The translations under genes and the position numbers were made by a program. Shown here piece after piece: positions 49,350 through 61,027 of a stretch of DNA of 64,000 bases. Within the stretch, counting starts at the first letter, position 1, and every line of letters starts with the position of its first letter. Below the pieces are notes generated by a model. That model had not been told where the DNA came from. It ran no database searches and saw only the letters and a list, made by a program, of their open reading frames with translations. This DNA is from Antechinus flavipes (lineage: Eukaryota), in NCBI RefSeq assembly GCF_016432865.1, contig NC_067399.1, positions 20,336,001 to 20,400,000 on the forward strand. The letters are read 5' to 3'.

Positions 49350-51450
49350 CTTGGCTAAGCAACTCTCCGGAGATCTGTCCGCAAGCATCTATTAAGCGCC
49401 CGCCGTATGCCAGGCCATGACCCGAGTGCAGCCGACACAATCAGGCCCCTCTCCGAGGGACTCATACTCAGCGCGGGGAGAGAAGGGGGTCGGCCCGTAA
49501 ATGGCCACAAATGAAATGCGGACCGACCCAGAGGCCGCGGAGCACGGGGCAAGCTCCCCCAAGGCGTGGGGCTGAGCACACAGCCGGTGCTTAATCAGTG
49601 CTCGCTCAATACGCGGGGAGGCTCCACAGAAGGGGAAGTGGAGGCCCCGAGAAGCGGCGTTTCCAGCGGAGGGAAAGCACGGGGACGCGTCCCGGACTTG
49701 CTTCAGGTGTGCAGGCAGGTCTTGGGAATCTCGCAGGAGGCGCCCCGGAAGAACTAGACCGCTAGCGCACGGAAGCCGGAAGCTAGCGCGCGAAGGGAAC
49801 AGAAGCCGAAGGGCAGGAAGTGGTCCCGAGGGCGCATGCGTGAGCGCCGGAAGTTGTGAGGAAGGAACAGGGCGCCATTTCCGACAGGAAAGGCGGCTTT
49901 CAGTGGGGAAGGAATCGGATCTGTGTAAGTGCTTTCTGATTAGAGTGGTACCAGAGGCTAGGGAACGGGGATCAGAGCCGACTCAGACCCGGCCGAAGCG
50001 CCTGGCGTTCTGGGTCCAGGAATGGCTAGAAGCCGGCAGGAGGCCGCGGAGACGCTCGGCGTCGGACGTGACGTCACGACGTCGGGTTTCTGGAGGCGAG
50101 CCAGAGGCTATCATTGGTGGCTTGCGGGGAGTTGTGCGGGTGGGGTCAAGGCGGGGAGGTTTCGGGGCGGTCCCCGGAGCGTCCTCTGAAATCCTCATCT
50201 TCCTGTTTTTGTTTACTCTGTGATCCCTGAATGAATAAGTGAATGAGCGAATTAATGAAACCATCGATGAAGTTATCATTAAAGTGGATATAAAACGTTC
50301 GAGTCCGGCCTCAGCTACCTAACCAGTTATGCGGCCCTGGACAAATCCCTAATCTCTCAGTTTCTGGGAAGTGGGTGTGTGTGAGAATGGACCAGGCGGA
50401 GGAAGCTGGCCCAGATCCGGGAGACGCGCGTCCCCTTCGGCCCCTGACATCAGGTGGTCTGCTTAACCTTTGCCTGTCTCATCTGCGCAATGGCGATAAC
50501 AACGAGAATTACCCCGGGGACCAGGAGAGTAGCTAGTGTGTGAAGCACTAACTGGAGGGAATAGCCCCTGGTAACTGGGAGGACATTGAGTGCACATAGC
50601 GCCAGGTGCCAGTTACTGTCTCTGAGTACTAGGAGGCACAGAGAAAACAGCCCCTGCCCCTAGTGCAGCAGAAAGTGTGTGCGTGACTCCAGGATATGTC
50701 CGTCAGAACCGCCTGTTCTCAGGGGAGACCGGACAAGCGTCGGAGAAATGTAGGCCCCGTGGGTCCCAGGCCGCAGTTAGGACAGCACGTGGATGGGCCC
50801 CAGAGCCTTCTGGGGACTTGGTGTCTGCTGTGGCTTCCGCTCCTGGGCCTCTGTCCTCCCTCCTCCCGTGAGCTCCTGCGTAATTCTGGCGCACCTCAGT
50901 AGCTCTGGGGCTTCTCCTGCCCCCCGAGAAAGGCCTTGAGAAGTCGATGAATCAGACAGAAAATCATCATTTTTGTGCCCTGTACAGAGCAGGATAATAG
51001 CAGCCGAGTGCATCGAGGTTTCCAGAACACTTTGCACGCAATCACCTTTGCTGTCAGCCCCTGGCGGAGGCCCGCGGGCGGGGTGAGGCTCACTGTCGGT
51101 TCTCTGAAGTCCCTCCTAACGTGGAGGGTCCAGAGCTGGCTGGGCGCGGACAACGAGAGGAGCAAGAATTGGCTGTTTTATCATTGCTTTGAGGTTTGCA
51201 AAGAGCTTAGGAATGCCTCAGGAGGGAGGGGAGTTTGGCAAATGGAAAAGGCAAGAGACCTGGCAGCGGAGGACAAGCCAGCGGGCACTGAGTGTGCCGG
51301 GCCCTGTGCCAAGTACGGTCCGGAGAAGCCCAAGGCAGGCCCTGCCTTCCGGGAACAGAATCCATAGAGTAGGACAAATGGGAGGAAACAAGGAAGAGAC
51401 GGGCTGAATCGGAGATGATGAATAGAAGGGGAGGCTCTTGGATTAGAGCC
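49350..51450 (+). promoter_or_regulatory. CpG island, TPRKB promoter and 5' region
   Basis: Dense CpG; clustered ETS/GABP CCGGAAG(T) sites at 49745-49854; NRF1-type GCGCATGCG at 49832; CRE palindrome CGTGACGTCACG at 50067-50078; candidate 5'UTR exon donor gt|gtaagt at 49924/49925. Confidence 0.8.
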
Positions 51451-51841
51451 CGGCTGTGCCATCCACGGGACCTTGGGCACCATTTTACAAATGAGGAAAT
51501 TGGGGCTCACATGAGGTGATTCTCAGCAGGAATCTGTACCCAAACACTCCTGACTCCCACGTTGGGCTCCACTTCTTAACGCCACAGTTTATAGATTTTT
51601 CTTTCACTGCTTTAACTAACTTTACATAACCCCGATATCTTTTACTGTATATACACAAGATAACCCAGGTCTTAAAGAAGCATGACTCAAATTACCCTCA
51701 TCCAGGGAAGCTAATTAAAGGTTAGGGTTTTGAGATTGAGGGAAGGGGCACAAGCCTCTCATTTGTGCCTATAATATTCTATGGTAAATTTTTAAAAATA
51801 ATAATTCTCTAAGTTTTTTTTTTTGTCTACCACAGTGAAAA

Positions 51842-53794
51842 ATGCAATTTACCTCTCAATTGGACTTATTTCCTGACTGCACGGTGACGCTTCTCCTGTT
51901 TCGTAATGTCAAAAATGCTGGAGATTTAAGAAAAAAGGCCATGGAAGGTAACCTCAGTGGGGCATTAATTAACGCTACCATGGTAAGTATATCCTTTTAG
52001 AATGAATGAATAATTTATGTTACCGCCCCATTTTATTGCAGTATGTATTATGGAAGCAACTTTAAGGGTAGCCTAAAATTCTTCTAATTTTAGACACATT
52101 AGAAAGCGAACTCTTGGTCCCAAATGTGCAATTAACTTATGAAAGGAAAACAAAAAGAAAGTCGCAGGCCTAAAAGAGCATCTCTTTGAAAAAGGAAAGA
52201 AATTGACTTTAAAAGTGATGTTATCATATTAACATATGTAAATTTTTAAATATTTCCATTCAAATAAAGTTATTTTATTTATTTTCATCATCTCTATGTG
52301 TTTTTTTTATTGTCATCCTGAAGTCATAGGTCAGAGTCAGATTGGGAAGAGAAAAATGAACCCCCACTCTCTGAACCAGTATGGTAATGGGGGGGAGGGA
52401 TACACAGCCAGATTTTGCTGACTTTGTCCTTGGGGAGTTAATCAAACTATGACTTGGGAGTCGGGAGACCTGGGGACTCTGCGGCTAACTCTTGAGTGGC
52501 CCCTTCTGGGCTTCTTATCTTCAGAATAAGAGGCTTCCCACCCCTCCCCCCACTTCTCAGTTCAGGGGCTCAGGCTTCTCAGGCAGAGGCAAGTCCTCAG
52601 CCTGTCCTTCCTCCTCCGTAGGTTCTCGACCCATTTCAGATCCTCACAGCAGCCAACAAAGCCGTCCATCTCCAGAAGCTTGGGAAAATGAAGACCAGGA
52701 CTCTGTGCACGGAAATTATCTTCAACCTCTCCCCGAACAACAGTGTAAGGGCACTTTACTCACTGACTCCTGCAGACCCTCATCCCCTTCCTTCCAAGTT
52801 GGAGATTGAGCCCACCCAGACCTGGTAAAAGGTTATGATCCGAAAGGTGGAAAGGAGACCTGCAGGCCACATCCAAGTCTGTTCCACTGCAGGCAGGCAG
52901 GCCAGGCCTCAACAGTAAAATAAACTGAGTTATTAAACTGATGAGTTTGCTGTGCCCATGACACTGGTAGAAAAGTAAAGGCAAGCCACAACTTTCAGTG
53001 TCATTTAACCATGCTGTTTTAAGTGGGAAAGACTCTTGTCTCTTGCCCTAGGCAACAATCTCCCTTCCCGCTGTCCAAGAATTGTTTATGTCACTGTTAT
53101 TGTAAGTGCTTGTTCGTGGCAACTTGGAAGATCTGATGGAGCCTTTTTTCTTTCATGGCAGATTTCAGAGGCCTTGAAGAAGTTTGGCATCTCCGACAGT
53201 GACACTTCAGTTTTAATTGCTTGTGTCGAAGAAGGAGAAAAACAGATGAATCCAGAAGATCTGATATCTCAGGTGGATGGTGATCAGGTTTCCCTCGACA
53301 TACTTCCAGAAATAACAGATATCACCAAAGTTAAAAAGGTTTGAGGAATCTGTGTTTTTAGATTGAAAGTGACGGGATGGAAAGAGTTTATTTTGTTACT
53401 TTTGGCTTGATCAGAAAGTTCGCCTCTGGATCCAGAGGTGGAAATACATATTTCCTTAAGCTTTTTCAAGGCAATTTAACTTTGGGCAGCATCGAGTAGA
53501 GAACTGTGGGAAAATCACTTGAGAAATTTTTCTAGATTCACAAGCGAGAAATATTGGCACTGCCTATTTTCCATATTCTTTTCATTGTCTACTCTTGAAA
53601 TATTTGACAGCTTCCTTAATAGAAAGTGATGACAATGAGTTTCTTTTGATTCTGTATGATTTAGTCATGCCAAATGTTAATCTGCCATATGTGATTTATT
53701 TTTACAGATATACAAATTAACTTCCAAAGAAGAAAAGATTGGGACATTATTAGAAAGTATCATTTGCAGAATGGCAACTAAAGATGTTTTGTGA
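51842..53794 (+). CDS. TPRKB: TP53RK-binding protein (KEOPS/EKC subunit Cgi121), 175 aa
   Basis: Exons 51842-51982, 52622-52744, 53162-53338, 53708-53794; 528 nt. [36 protein letters not shown]...[49 protein letters not shown]...[11 protein letters not shown] closely matches human TPRKB in sequence and length. Confidence 0.97.
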
Positions 53795-53998
53795 AATTAA
53801 AAAAAAAAAGAATCAAGAAATGTTTTTAGTATTATTTTATATTTTATATATTTGTTTAAAATTTAAACACAAAATAGAAAAAGAAAAAAAGGGAGGAAAA
53901 AACTGTCATGTGCCTTGCAGAACATAAGAGAGGATTCAAAATATATACACACGCAGACACATACATACATACATAGACATAGTACATGTACATAGATC

Positions 53999-54385
53999 TT
54001 TTTTTTTTTTAATAACTTTTTATTGATAGAACTCATGCCAAGGTAATTTTTTACAACATTATCCCTTGCATTCACTTCTGTTCCGATTTTTCCCCTCCCT
54101 CCCTCCACCCCCTCCCCCGGATGGCAAGCAGTCCTTTACATGTTGAATAGGTTACAGTATATCCTGGATACAATATACGTGTGCAGAACCGAACAGTTTT
54201 CTTGTTGCACAGGGAGAATTGAATTCAGAAGGTATAAATAATCCGGGAAGAAAAACAAAAATGCAAGCAGTTTATATTCATCTCTCAGTGTTCTTTCTTT
54301 GGGTGTAGCTGCTTCTGCCCATCTTTGATCAATTGAAACTGAATTAGCTCTCTTTATCGAAGAGATCCACTTCCATCACAATACA
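53999..54385 (-). mobile_element. Young antisense L1 3'UTR
   Basis: Poly-T followed by reverse-complement L1 3'UTR (cccctccctccctccaccccctcccc). Confidence 0.85.
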
Positions 54386-56450
54386 TGTGCGTATATCCAT
54401 ACATACATCTAAAACCATGTAGATGTATTGTACTTTTTTTCTCTTTTGATCTAATCTTTTTTAACTTTGACTTTGAGATTAATGATTACTACCCCTACTT
54501 TTTTTTTCCTAATAAATCTATTCCTGATCATTGTTATTACCTTTTGTACATTGTAGGTATCTTTTGTTTCCTATCCCTGCTACTTTACTTCTATCTGCTA
54601 ACCTGCCTTGTTATTATTTAATCTTTCCCTACTCTATGCATTCCTCCCTTGTCTTCTTCCCCTGCCCTTTTCTTTCCTTTTTGTCCCGTTCCCATTATTC
54701 TACATACCTTATCCCACTTCTCTTATTCTACACACCCATCTATACCTTGCCTTCTCCTGTTCCCTTCCCCTTTTATTTGTTTATAAATTTTGAAAGTTTT
54801 ATGTATGGTGTATGTGTTTGTGTGTGTATACATATATCCTAGTATTCTAGCCTAGCAGTTTTGTATTATTTATGGAAGAAATCTGGAGAGCTTGGAATTT
54901 TCTGACCTATTTTGTCATCTACCCAGAATCCTCTCTTTGAGCATTATTTTAATGATAATTTTTTGTACTTTTACTTACAGAAGTCATGACAGGTAAATTC
55001 TCCAATAGAGTCTTCTTCTGTCAATCTCTTTGAAGAATGAAGGCTTTGCTAATTATACACTGTCCTTTCCTCACAGCCTGGCAAGGCTTGGAGCAAGGGA
55101 TAGTATTGAACCAGCATCAGTCGGGAAGAGATCTCCATCAGGCATAGAAGCTGGAAGGGAGATGGGCTGCACTTGGAGTTGGGAAACCAGGGTTTGAATC
55201 CTGCCCCCAGCTCCAGTTGTGTGAGGGAGTCAGGCAGTGTAGGGTTCAGTAACTTAACCAGAGTCACAAGTAGTGAGTCAAGGTTTGAACTTAGGTCTTC
55301 CTGATTCCAAGACTAACATGTTAACTCCTAAGAAAACAAGTGCTTGGGGTGTTTTTTTTGTGTGCATGGCCAAGCTTGTTTAGAAGCCTAGGCTTAGGGA
55401 AGGCCAAGCTTAGGGAAAGAAGAAATGGGGAGAGGAAATAGGAATGGCAGCGATACTCTTGTAAGACAAAAGTATCTGACTTTAATTTTGGTTTGTTGAG
55501 AGAAAGATAAACAGAATAAGCTTTTGAGTAAAACACTGCTACTGACCAACTTTATTAGATTCTTGATTAATATCCCATATTGAAACTTCCCTAAATAATA
55601 ACTATTTGAATCCAAAATTATGATCTGCAGAGTATAGTTAAAATACCTAGAAACTAAATTCCCAAGATATAAGATCTGTGCTTACAAATTTTATTACATC
55701 ATGATTAATGATTCATGAGAAGCCATTTCTCAGCATTCAAAGAAATGTTTTCATCTAGTTCTTTTGGTTGAATTTGGACAGCTTTATCCCAATTCAACAT
55801 TTTGTTAATATTAAAAAACCATCATTACATCTTTTTAAGATGTAAAAACACAAAATTGTGAAACAGTTTCAGAAAGATGCAAGGAGATGTAGTCATTTTC
55901 TTCACTAAATCAATATTCTTTATCTTGTTTTGATTCTGAGAAACGAAGCCACATATCATCATGCCAGGAAACCAGGTCTGCCAAGAATTGCCAGCTGCTG
56001 CTTGGCTCCTCCATCAGGACCAGAGGGTTTGACCTTCAGTAAGACAAAGAGAAGGGGGGCCTTTCACAAGTACAGGAGCCCAGGAGAAGGCTCCAGATCT
56101 CTAGGAATAAGCCAGTCAGCATCAGGCTGATGAGGAGGACCACAGGGACTGAGAAAAAGTAGGGTGTGAGAAATTATGTTCCTGCTCTAGGCAGTTATTG
56201 ATCCAGATGTTCTCCCTTATGCTGCTTTTCTCTTTAATCTGGGGGAGGGACCTCTTCTAAAATGCTTGTTTTTGTTACCATATACAAGTAACTTAACATT
56301 TCAGGGCCTCAGTTTTCTCTTCTATAGAATGAACATCTTGGTGCTGTCTGCCTTGGAAGGGAAAAAGATTTTCCAGATCTCAAAAACTGTATAGAAATCT
56401 GAGCTGTCATTGTCTTTATTATAAGGAATTTTATACATTCCCATCCACCC

Positions 56451-56452
<2 letters not shown>

Positions 56453-56496
<44 letters not shown>
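56453..56496. repeat. (CA)n microsatellite
   Basis: Tandem ca units; other (TG/CA)n tracts at ~25572, 30975, 40442 and 62826. Confidence 0.95.
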
Positions 56497-56499
<3 letters not shown>

Positions 56500-57004
56500 C
56501 ATATCAGTATCAGATGGTTCCCTTCTCTAGAGCTGAGTAGGAAGGAAACAGTTTGGAACTCAAAAAACACCTTAAAACTTTAAAAAACAAAAAAAAATTT
56601 TAATCATGTTTCTTCATTTGTAAAATAGGAATATCAATGCTTTCCAGGAGCTACCTCACTGACTTAGGAGACTCAACTGCAGAAAGTCTATGAAGCACTT
56701 TGTACATTTTAAAGCAATTAATATCATTATCCAAGGTCCCACAAGGGCTGTGCAGCAGAACCTGTATTCGAATGCAGGCCCTCACAGTGACTCCTGGATG
56801 TAAATATAAAAACCAAAAAAACAATGACCTTAAATGCTATGATATGGTAAAGAACAAGCTGGTCCCAAAGAAACACTATGAGAAGTCCCATGCTTTTGCA
56901 GAAGTAGGGGTCTCTGGGTATAAAACACTGCAAATATCTTTTGGGGAGGGGCTAGATATTCAATTTGGCTATGTTTTTCTCTTAATTTAAAAAATTATGG
57001 TCAA

Positions 57005-57950
57005 AGGATATGAATAATTTTCAGATAAATAAATTAAAGCCATTTCTAGTCATATGAAAAAATGCTAAATCACTGTTGATCAGAGAAATGCAAATTAAGA
57101 CAACTCTGAGATACCACTACACACCTCTCAGATTGGCTTAAGTTAACAGGAAAAGATAATGATAGATGTTGGAGGGGATGTGGGAAAAGTGGGACACTGA
57201 TACATTGTTGGTGGAATTGTGAACTGATCCAACCATTCTCAAGCACAATTTGGAACTATGCCCAAAGGATTATCAAACTGTGCATATCCAACAATGTCTC
57301 CACTGGGCTTGTATCCCAAAGAAATCATAAAAAAGAGAAAAGGACCCACATGTGCAAAAATGTTTGTGGCAGCTCTCTTTGTAGTGGCAAGAAACTGGAA
57401 ACTGAGTGGATGCCCATAAGTGAGAGAATGGCTGAATAAGTTATGGTATATGAAAGTAATGGAATATTATTGTTCTGTAAGAAATAATCAGCAGGATGAT
57501 TTCAGAGAGGCCTGGAGAGTCTTACATGAGCTGATGCTGAGTGAAGTGAGTAGAATCAAGAAAATAACAATGCTACCACAAGATTGCACTATGATCAATT
57601 CTGATGGACGGGGCTCTTTTTGACAAATTTTGTTTGGGCCAATTCCAATAGACTTGGGATGAAAAGTGCCATTTGCATCCAGAGAGAGGACTGTGGAGAT
57701 TGAATGTGGATCACAGCATAGTATTTTCACCATTTTATTATCGTTTGGTTTTTTCCCTCAATTTTTTCCCTCATTGATCTGATTTTTCTTGTGCAGGAAG
57801 ATAATTGTGGAAATATTTATAGAAGAATTGTACATGTTTAACATACATTGGATTAATTGCTGACTAGGGGATGGGGTGGGGGAGATGAGAGGGAGAAAAT
57901 TTTAGAATATAAGATTTTGCAAAGTGAATGTTGAAAACTACATGGAAAAT
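57005..57950 (+). mobile_element. L1 ORF2 C-terminal ~600 bp and 3'UTR
   Basis: REMQIKTTLRYHYTPLRLA-type string, and WLNKLWYMKVMEYYCSVRN. Confidence 0.9.
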
Positions 57951-57960
57951 AAAAATTATT

Positions 57961-58103
57961 ATTTTGCTGAGGCAATTGGGGTTAAGGGATTTGCCCAAGA
58001 TCACACAGCTAGGAAACTTTAAATATCTGAAGTAACATTTGAACTCAGGTCCTCCTGAATTTGGGGCTTGTGCTTTATCCACTGCACCACCTAGCTGCCC
58101 CCA
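57961..58103 (-). mobile_element. Marsupial tRNA-derived SINE (WSINE1-like)
   Basis: Ends in ccactgcaccacctagctgcccc (reverse complement of the head). Confidence 0.8.
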
Positions 58104-58319
58104 AACTATTATTTTTTTAAATTATTTTAAGGATTCTCTGAGACAAGGAAAAGATTGAGTGGGAATCAAGGTAATAGGAAAGTGAAACAATTAAAAACTT
58201 ATTTAAAAAGCAAGAAAATTTAAAGTAATATGAGGATGGAGAGACAACATATGAGATTTACAAAGAGTTGGTTTGTTTTGTCTTTGGAGTAAGTGCCCCT
58301 TAGATCAGGCTTTAAGCAG

Positions 58320-58515
58320 TAAGGTGTGACAGATGTTTAACACCTGGCTCTCCAAAGCTAAAAAAAAAAAGTACTTTGGACACACTTTTAAGTTTAGTGA
58401 ATAGCATTAACATTTTCTCTGCCCCGTTTAAAAATCAAAACAAGTAACAAAACAACAAATCAAGCCCTGCCTTACTAGTTAGCGATTTCTGAGGTATAAA
58501 TCCCCACTGAAAATA
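58320..58515 (+). mobile_element. Ancient hAT-type MITE (Arthur1-like), copy 2
   Basis: atgtttaacacctggctctcc...aaatcaagccctg...gatttctgaggtataaa, shared with the 17650 and 62398 copies. Confidence 0.5.
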
Positions 58516-58529
58516 TCATTTCTCAGCCT

Positions 58530-58860
58530 TTACAAAAACCCTCTAGCCCTCGCCTGAGTAAAGGTCACACAGCACCCACCACCGTGTCTCATTTGAACCC
58601 TTAGTCCCTCGCTCTAGGCTCATCACAAGCCTGAAGAATCCTCACTGTATCCAACCCAAAGCTCTCATCCCTTACGTGATCAAGCTTGAGGTCTTCTGTG
58701 TATAAGGATTCACAGCAAACACTTATCCCGAGTGTTTCTACTCCTGTTCCCTGATGTCTACACAGCTCCCACTTGAGCAAGACCTCAAAACACTTAAAAT
58801 ACGATCGTTCAGCCCCTCCCACGCATTTGTATTTTAATAAAAACCACTCCTTCTCTAAGG
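58530..58860 (+). mobile_element. Possible solo LTR
   Basis: Non-L1 sequence with aataaaaaccac..ttctct 3' signature; no family assignment. Confidence 0.35.
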
Positions 58861-58884
58861 TTGCCCCCAGCCTAGAAGCAAGTT

Positions 58885-59260
58885 TTCATTTGTTTATTTA
58901 ATATTTTCCCCATTACATTCAAAACAATTTTTTACATTTGTTTTTAATATTTTTGAGTTTTAGATCATCCTCATCCTCAATTAAGAAACCCCGTGTGAAG
59001 TTGTGCAAAACATTTCCCTAAAAGTCAAGTTGTGAAAGAAAGCCTAGATCTCCCACCCTGATAAAAAATAATGAAAATAAAAATCCTCAAGAAAAAGTAA
59101 GTTAAAATTGGGAGCTACAGAGAGTGCATCGTTCCCTCTCTGGGCAGGGACAGCATTTGTCATTGAAGTCCTACAGAGCAGTGGTGGAGGATTGTACCAG
59201 CGAGAAGTCACTGACAGTCGGGCGTCCAGAACGGCTGTTACTCGGAGTAACTTTGTTCAC
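58885..59260 (-). mobile_element. Old L1 3' end co-oriented with NAT8, in or near its 3'UTR
   Basis: Reverse-complement L1 3'UTR and ORF2-end strings, becoming GC-shifted toward the gene. Confidence 0.55.
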
Positions 59261-59379
59261 AGAGGACTTTGCAGGCAGGAGCCCTTTTGCAGAAGAAGAA
59301 GCCGTCCGTGGCTCGGGGTCAGTCAGCAGCCCTGACTGATCAGTGATTGGCCGCCGGCCAGAAAGCCGCGGCGGACCTC

Positions 59380-60066
59380 TCAGGACGCCAGGGGCAAGGC
59401 GTATTGGTAATGCGCTAAGGAAATGGTTACTGGGGACCAGGTGGGGCCGGTCAGCGTTTCGTGGGACTTCCCGAAGCCCAGGCTCTCGTACAGTTTCCTG
59501 GCGGGGGCGTTCAGGCTGGCGGTGGTCAGCACCACTCCGCCGTAGCCCCGGGCCCGCGCGAAGCGAAGCACGGTCCGGACCAAGTCCTTGGCCACTCCCC
59601 GGCCGCGGTGCTCCCGGCGCACGGACAGGTGCAGCAGCTCCAGCTGACCCCGGTCCGGGGCTTCTGGCGCCGGGCGGGCGCACACCAGGCCCACCGCCCC
59701 GCCCCCTGACTCGGCCACCCAGAAACAGGACCCTGGGTCGCTGAGGTAGGTGGCCCCGATGTCCCTCATGTCCGTGTGCAACGTGTGGTCCACGTAGCAA
59801 GAGGAAGGATACCTGGCGAGCAGCCACAGCGTGGGCAGGAGGGCCAGGAGAGCCAGCAGAGGCGGGAGGAGGGAGCCGGAGCCCAGGAGCAGCGCCCCCG
59901 GGCCCCCCAGCAGCAGCAGGAAGCCCGGGGGCCGTTTCAGCAGATGCCAGAAGTGAGCGGCCACCTGCTCCAGCATCCCCTCGGCGAATATGGCCCTCAC
60001 CGCGGCCCAGTCTTGGTCCCGGTACCTCCGGATCTGGCAGGGAGCCATCCCAGCTTCCTTTCCCAT
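59380..60066 (-). CDS. NAT8: NAT8/camello-family membrane GNAT N-acetyltransferase, 228 aa (222 aa from the MAPC start at 60048)
   Basis: Single-exon ORF: MAPCQIRRY.., hydrophobic LLLLGGPGALLLGSGS segment, DMRDI..TYLS..GSCFWVAES, acetyl-CoA motif HRGRGVAK, LVRTVLRFAR..GY. Acceptor (tttcatccacag) at 60078; candidate non-coding exon 1 donor cag|gtgag at 60426/60425; adjacent to TPRKB as in human. The NAT8 vs NAT8B paralogue cannot be resolved. Confidence 0.9.
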   Translation of the reverse strand: MGKEAGMAPCQIRRYRDQDWAAVRAIFAEGMLEQVAAHFWHLLKRPPGFLLLLGGPGALLLGSGSLLPPLLALLALLPTLWLLARYPSSCYVDHTLHTDMRDIGATYLSDPGSCFWVAESGGGAVGLVCARPAPEAPDRGQLELLHLSVRREHRGRGVAKDLVRTVLRFARARGYGGVVLTTASLNAPARKLYESLGFGKSHETLTGPTWSPVTISLAHYQYALPLAS

Positions 60067-60781
60067 GTAGCGAGTGGCTGTGGATGAAATCCAAGGGAGC
60101 CTATTCCCGCTCCCTCCTGCCTGCCTTAATCACCCCATCTTTCCTCCCCAGCCCCCTCCTGCCTCCGAACCCCAGAGAGAACGTTCCCTGAGGGAAGGGC
60201 CAAGGGGTTCAGCCCTGAGCTGCTCCAGGTGGCCCAGGCCCCTCACACTTCCCCCCCCCCCACCCACCGGAGTTACTTAAGGGGCAGATGCTGCTGGAGG
60301 AGAGAGACAGAACTTCCCTCTCAGACCCATCCGGGACCCTCTTCCCGGAAGGGAATGGCCGCCCAGGCCCCCGACTCCAGGCAGAGGATGTCCCCGGAGA
60401 AGATGCCCTTCCCCGCTCCCCTCACCTGGGCTTCAGCCCGTCCCGCGGTGGCTGAGGAGCTGCCGGCCGGACCAGTCTAGAGCCAAGTCTGCCGATCCTT
60501 TCTGGCCACTCCCCAGCGTCTCTATGGGAACTCCCCAGGAAGCCTGGCAGAGGACAGAGGCTTTCTTGTGCAGGAAGTCTCGGGGGCAGCGGGGTCCCCC
60601 TCACTCTCTGGGGCTATTGGCCCTACTTGCTTCCTTCATAGTGGGTCATTTCAAACAAAGAAAAAAACACAATAAACTATGGGGAAATTCTTCAATATTG
60701 ACAAAAGATCGACCAAAGAGAGCTCTCTATTATTTCATTTCTTAATTGTTTTAAACATTTTATTGAATATTATAAATGACC

Positions 60782-61027
60782 ATGGGGTAGCGAGATGGTA
60801 CAAGGAATAGAGTGCCAGGCCTGGAGGCAGGAAAACTCACCTCCCTGAGTACAAATCCCACCTCACACAGTCACTAGCAGTATGACCCTAGGTCACTTAA
60901 CCCTGTTTGCCTCAGTTTCCTAATATGTAAAATGAGCTGGAAAAGGAAATGGCAAACCACTCCAGTATCATTGCCAAGAAAATCCCAAATGGGGTCACAA
61001 AGATTTAAACAGGACTGAAAATAAACA
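60782..61027 (+). mobile_element. Marsupial CORE-SINE (MAR1-like) with RTE tail
   Basis: gcctcagtttcctaatatgtaaaatgagctggaaaaggaaatggcaaaccactccagtatc. Confidence 0.8.

Noticed and set aside
49355-51510. Many 60-130 aa ORFs in the CpG island
   Set aside because: Expected in GC-rich DNA; they overlap MIR/SINE remnants and lack recognisable domains or splice context.
59171-60094. 307-aa minus-strand ORF and plus-strand ORFs overlapping NAT8
   Set aside because: Alternative frames of a GC-rich CDS where stop codons are rare; low-complexity G/P/A/R composition and no family motif.
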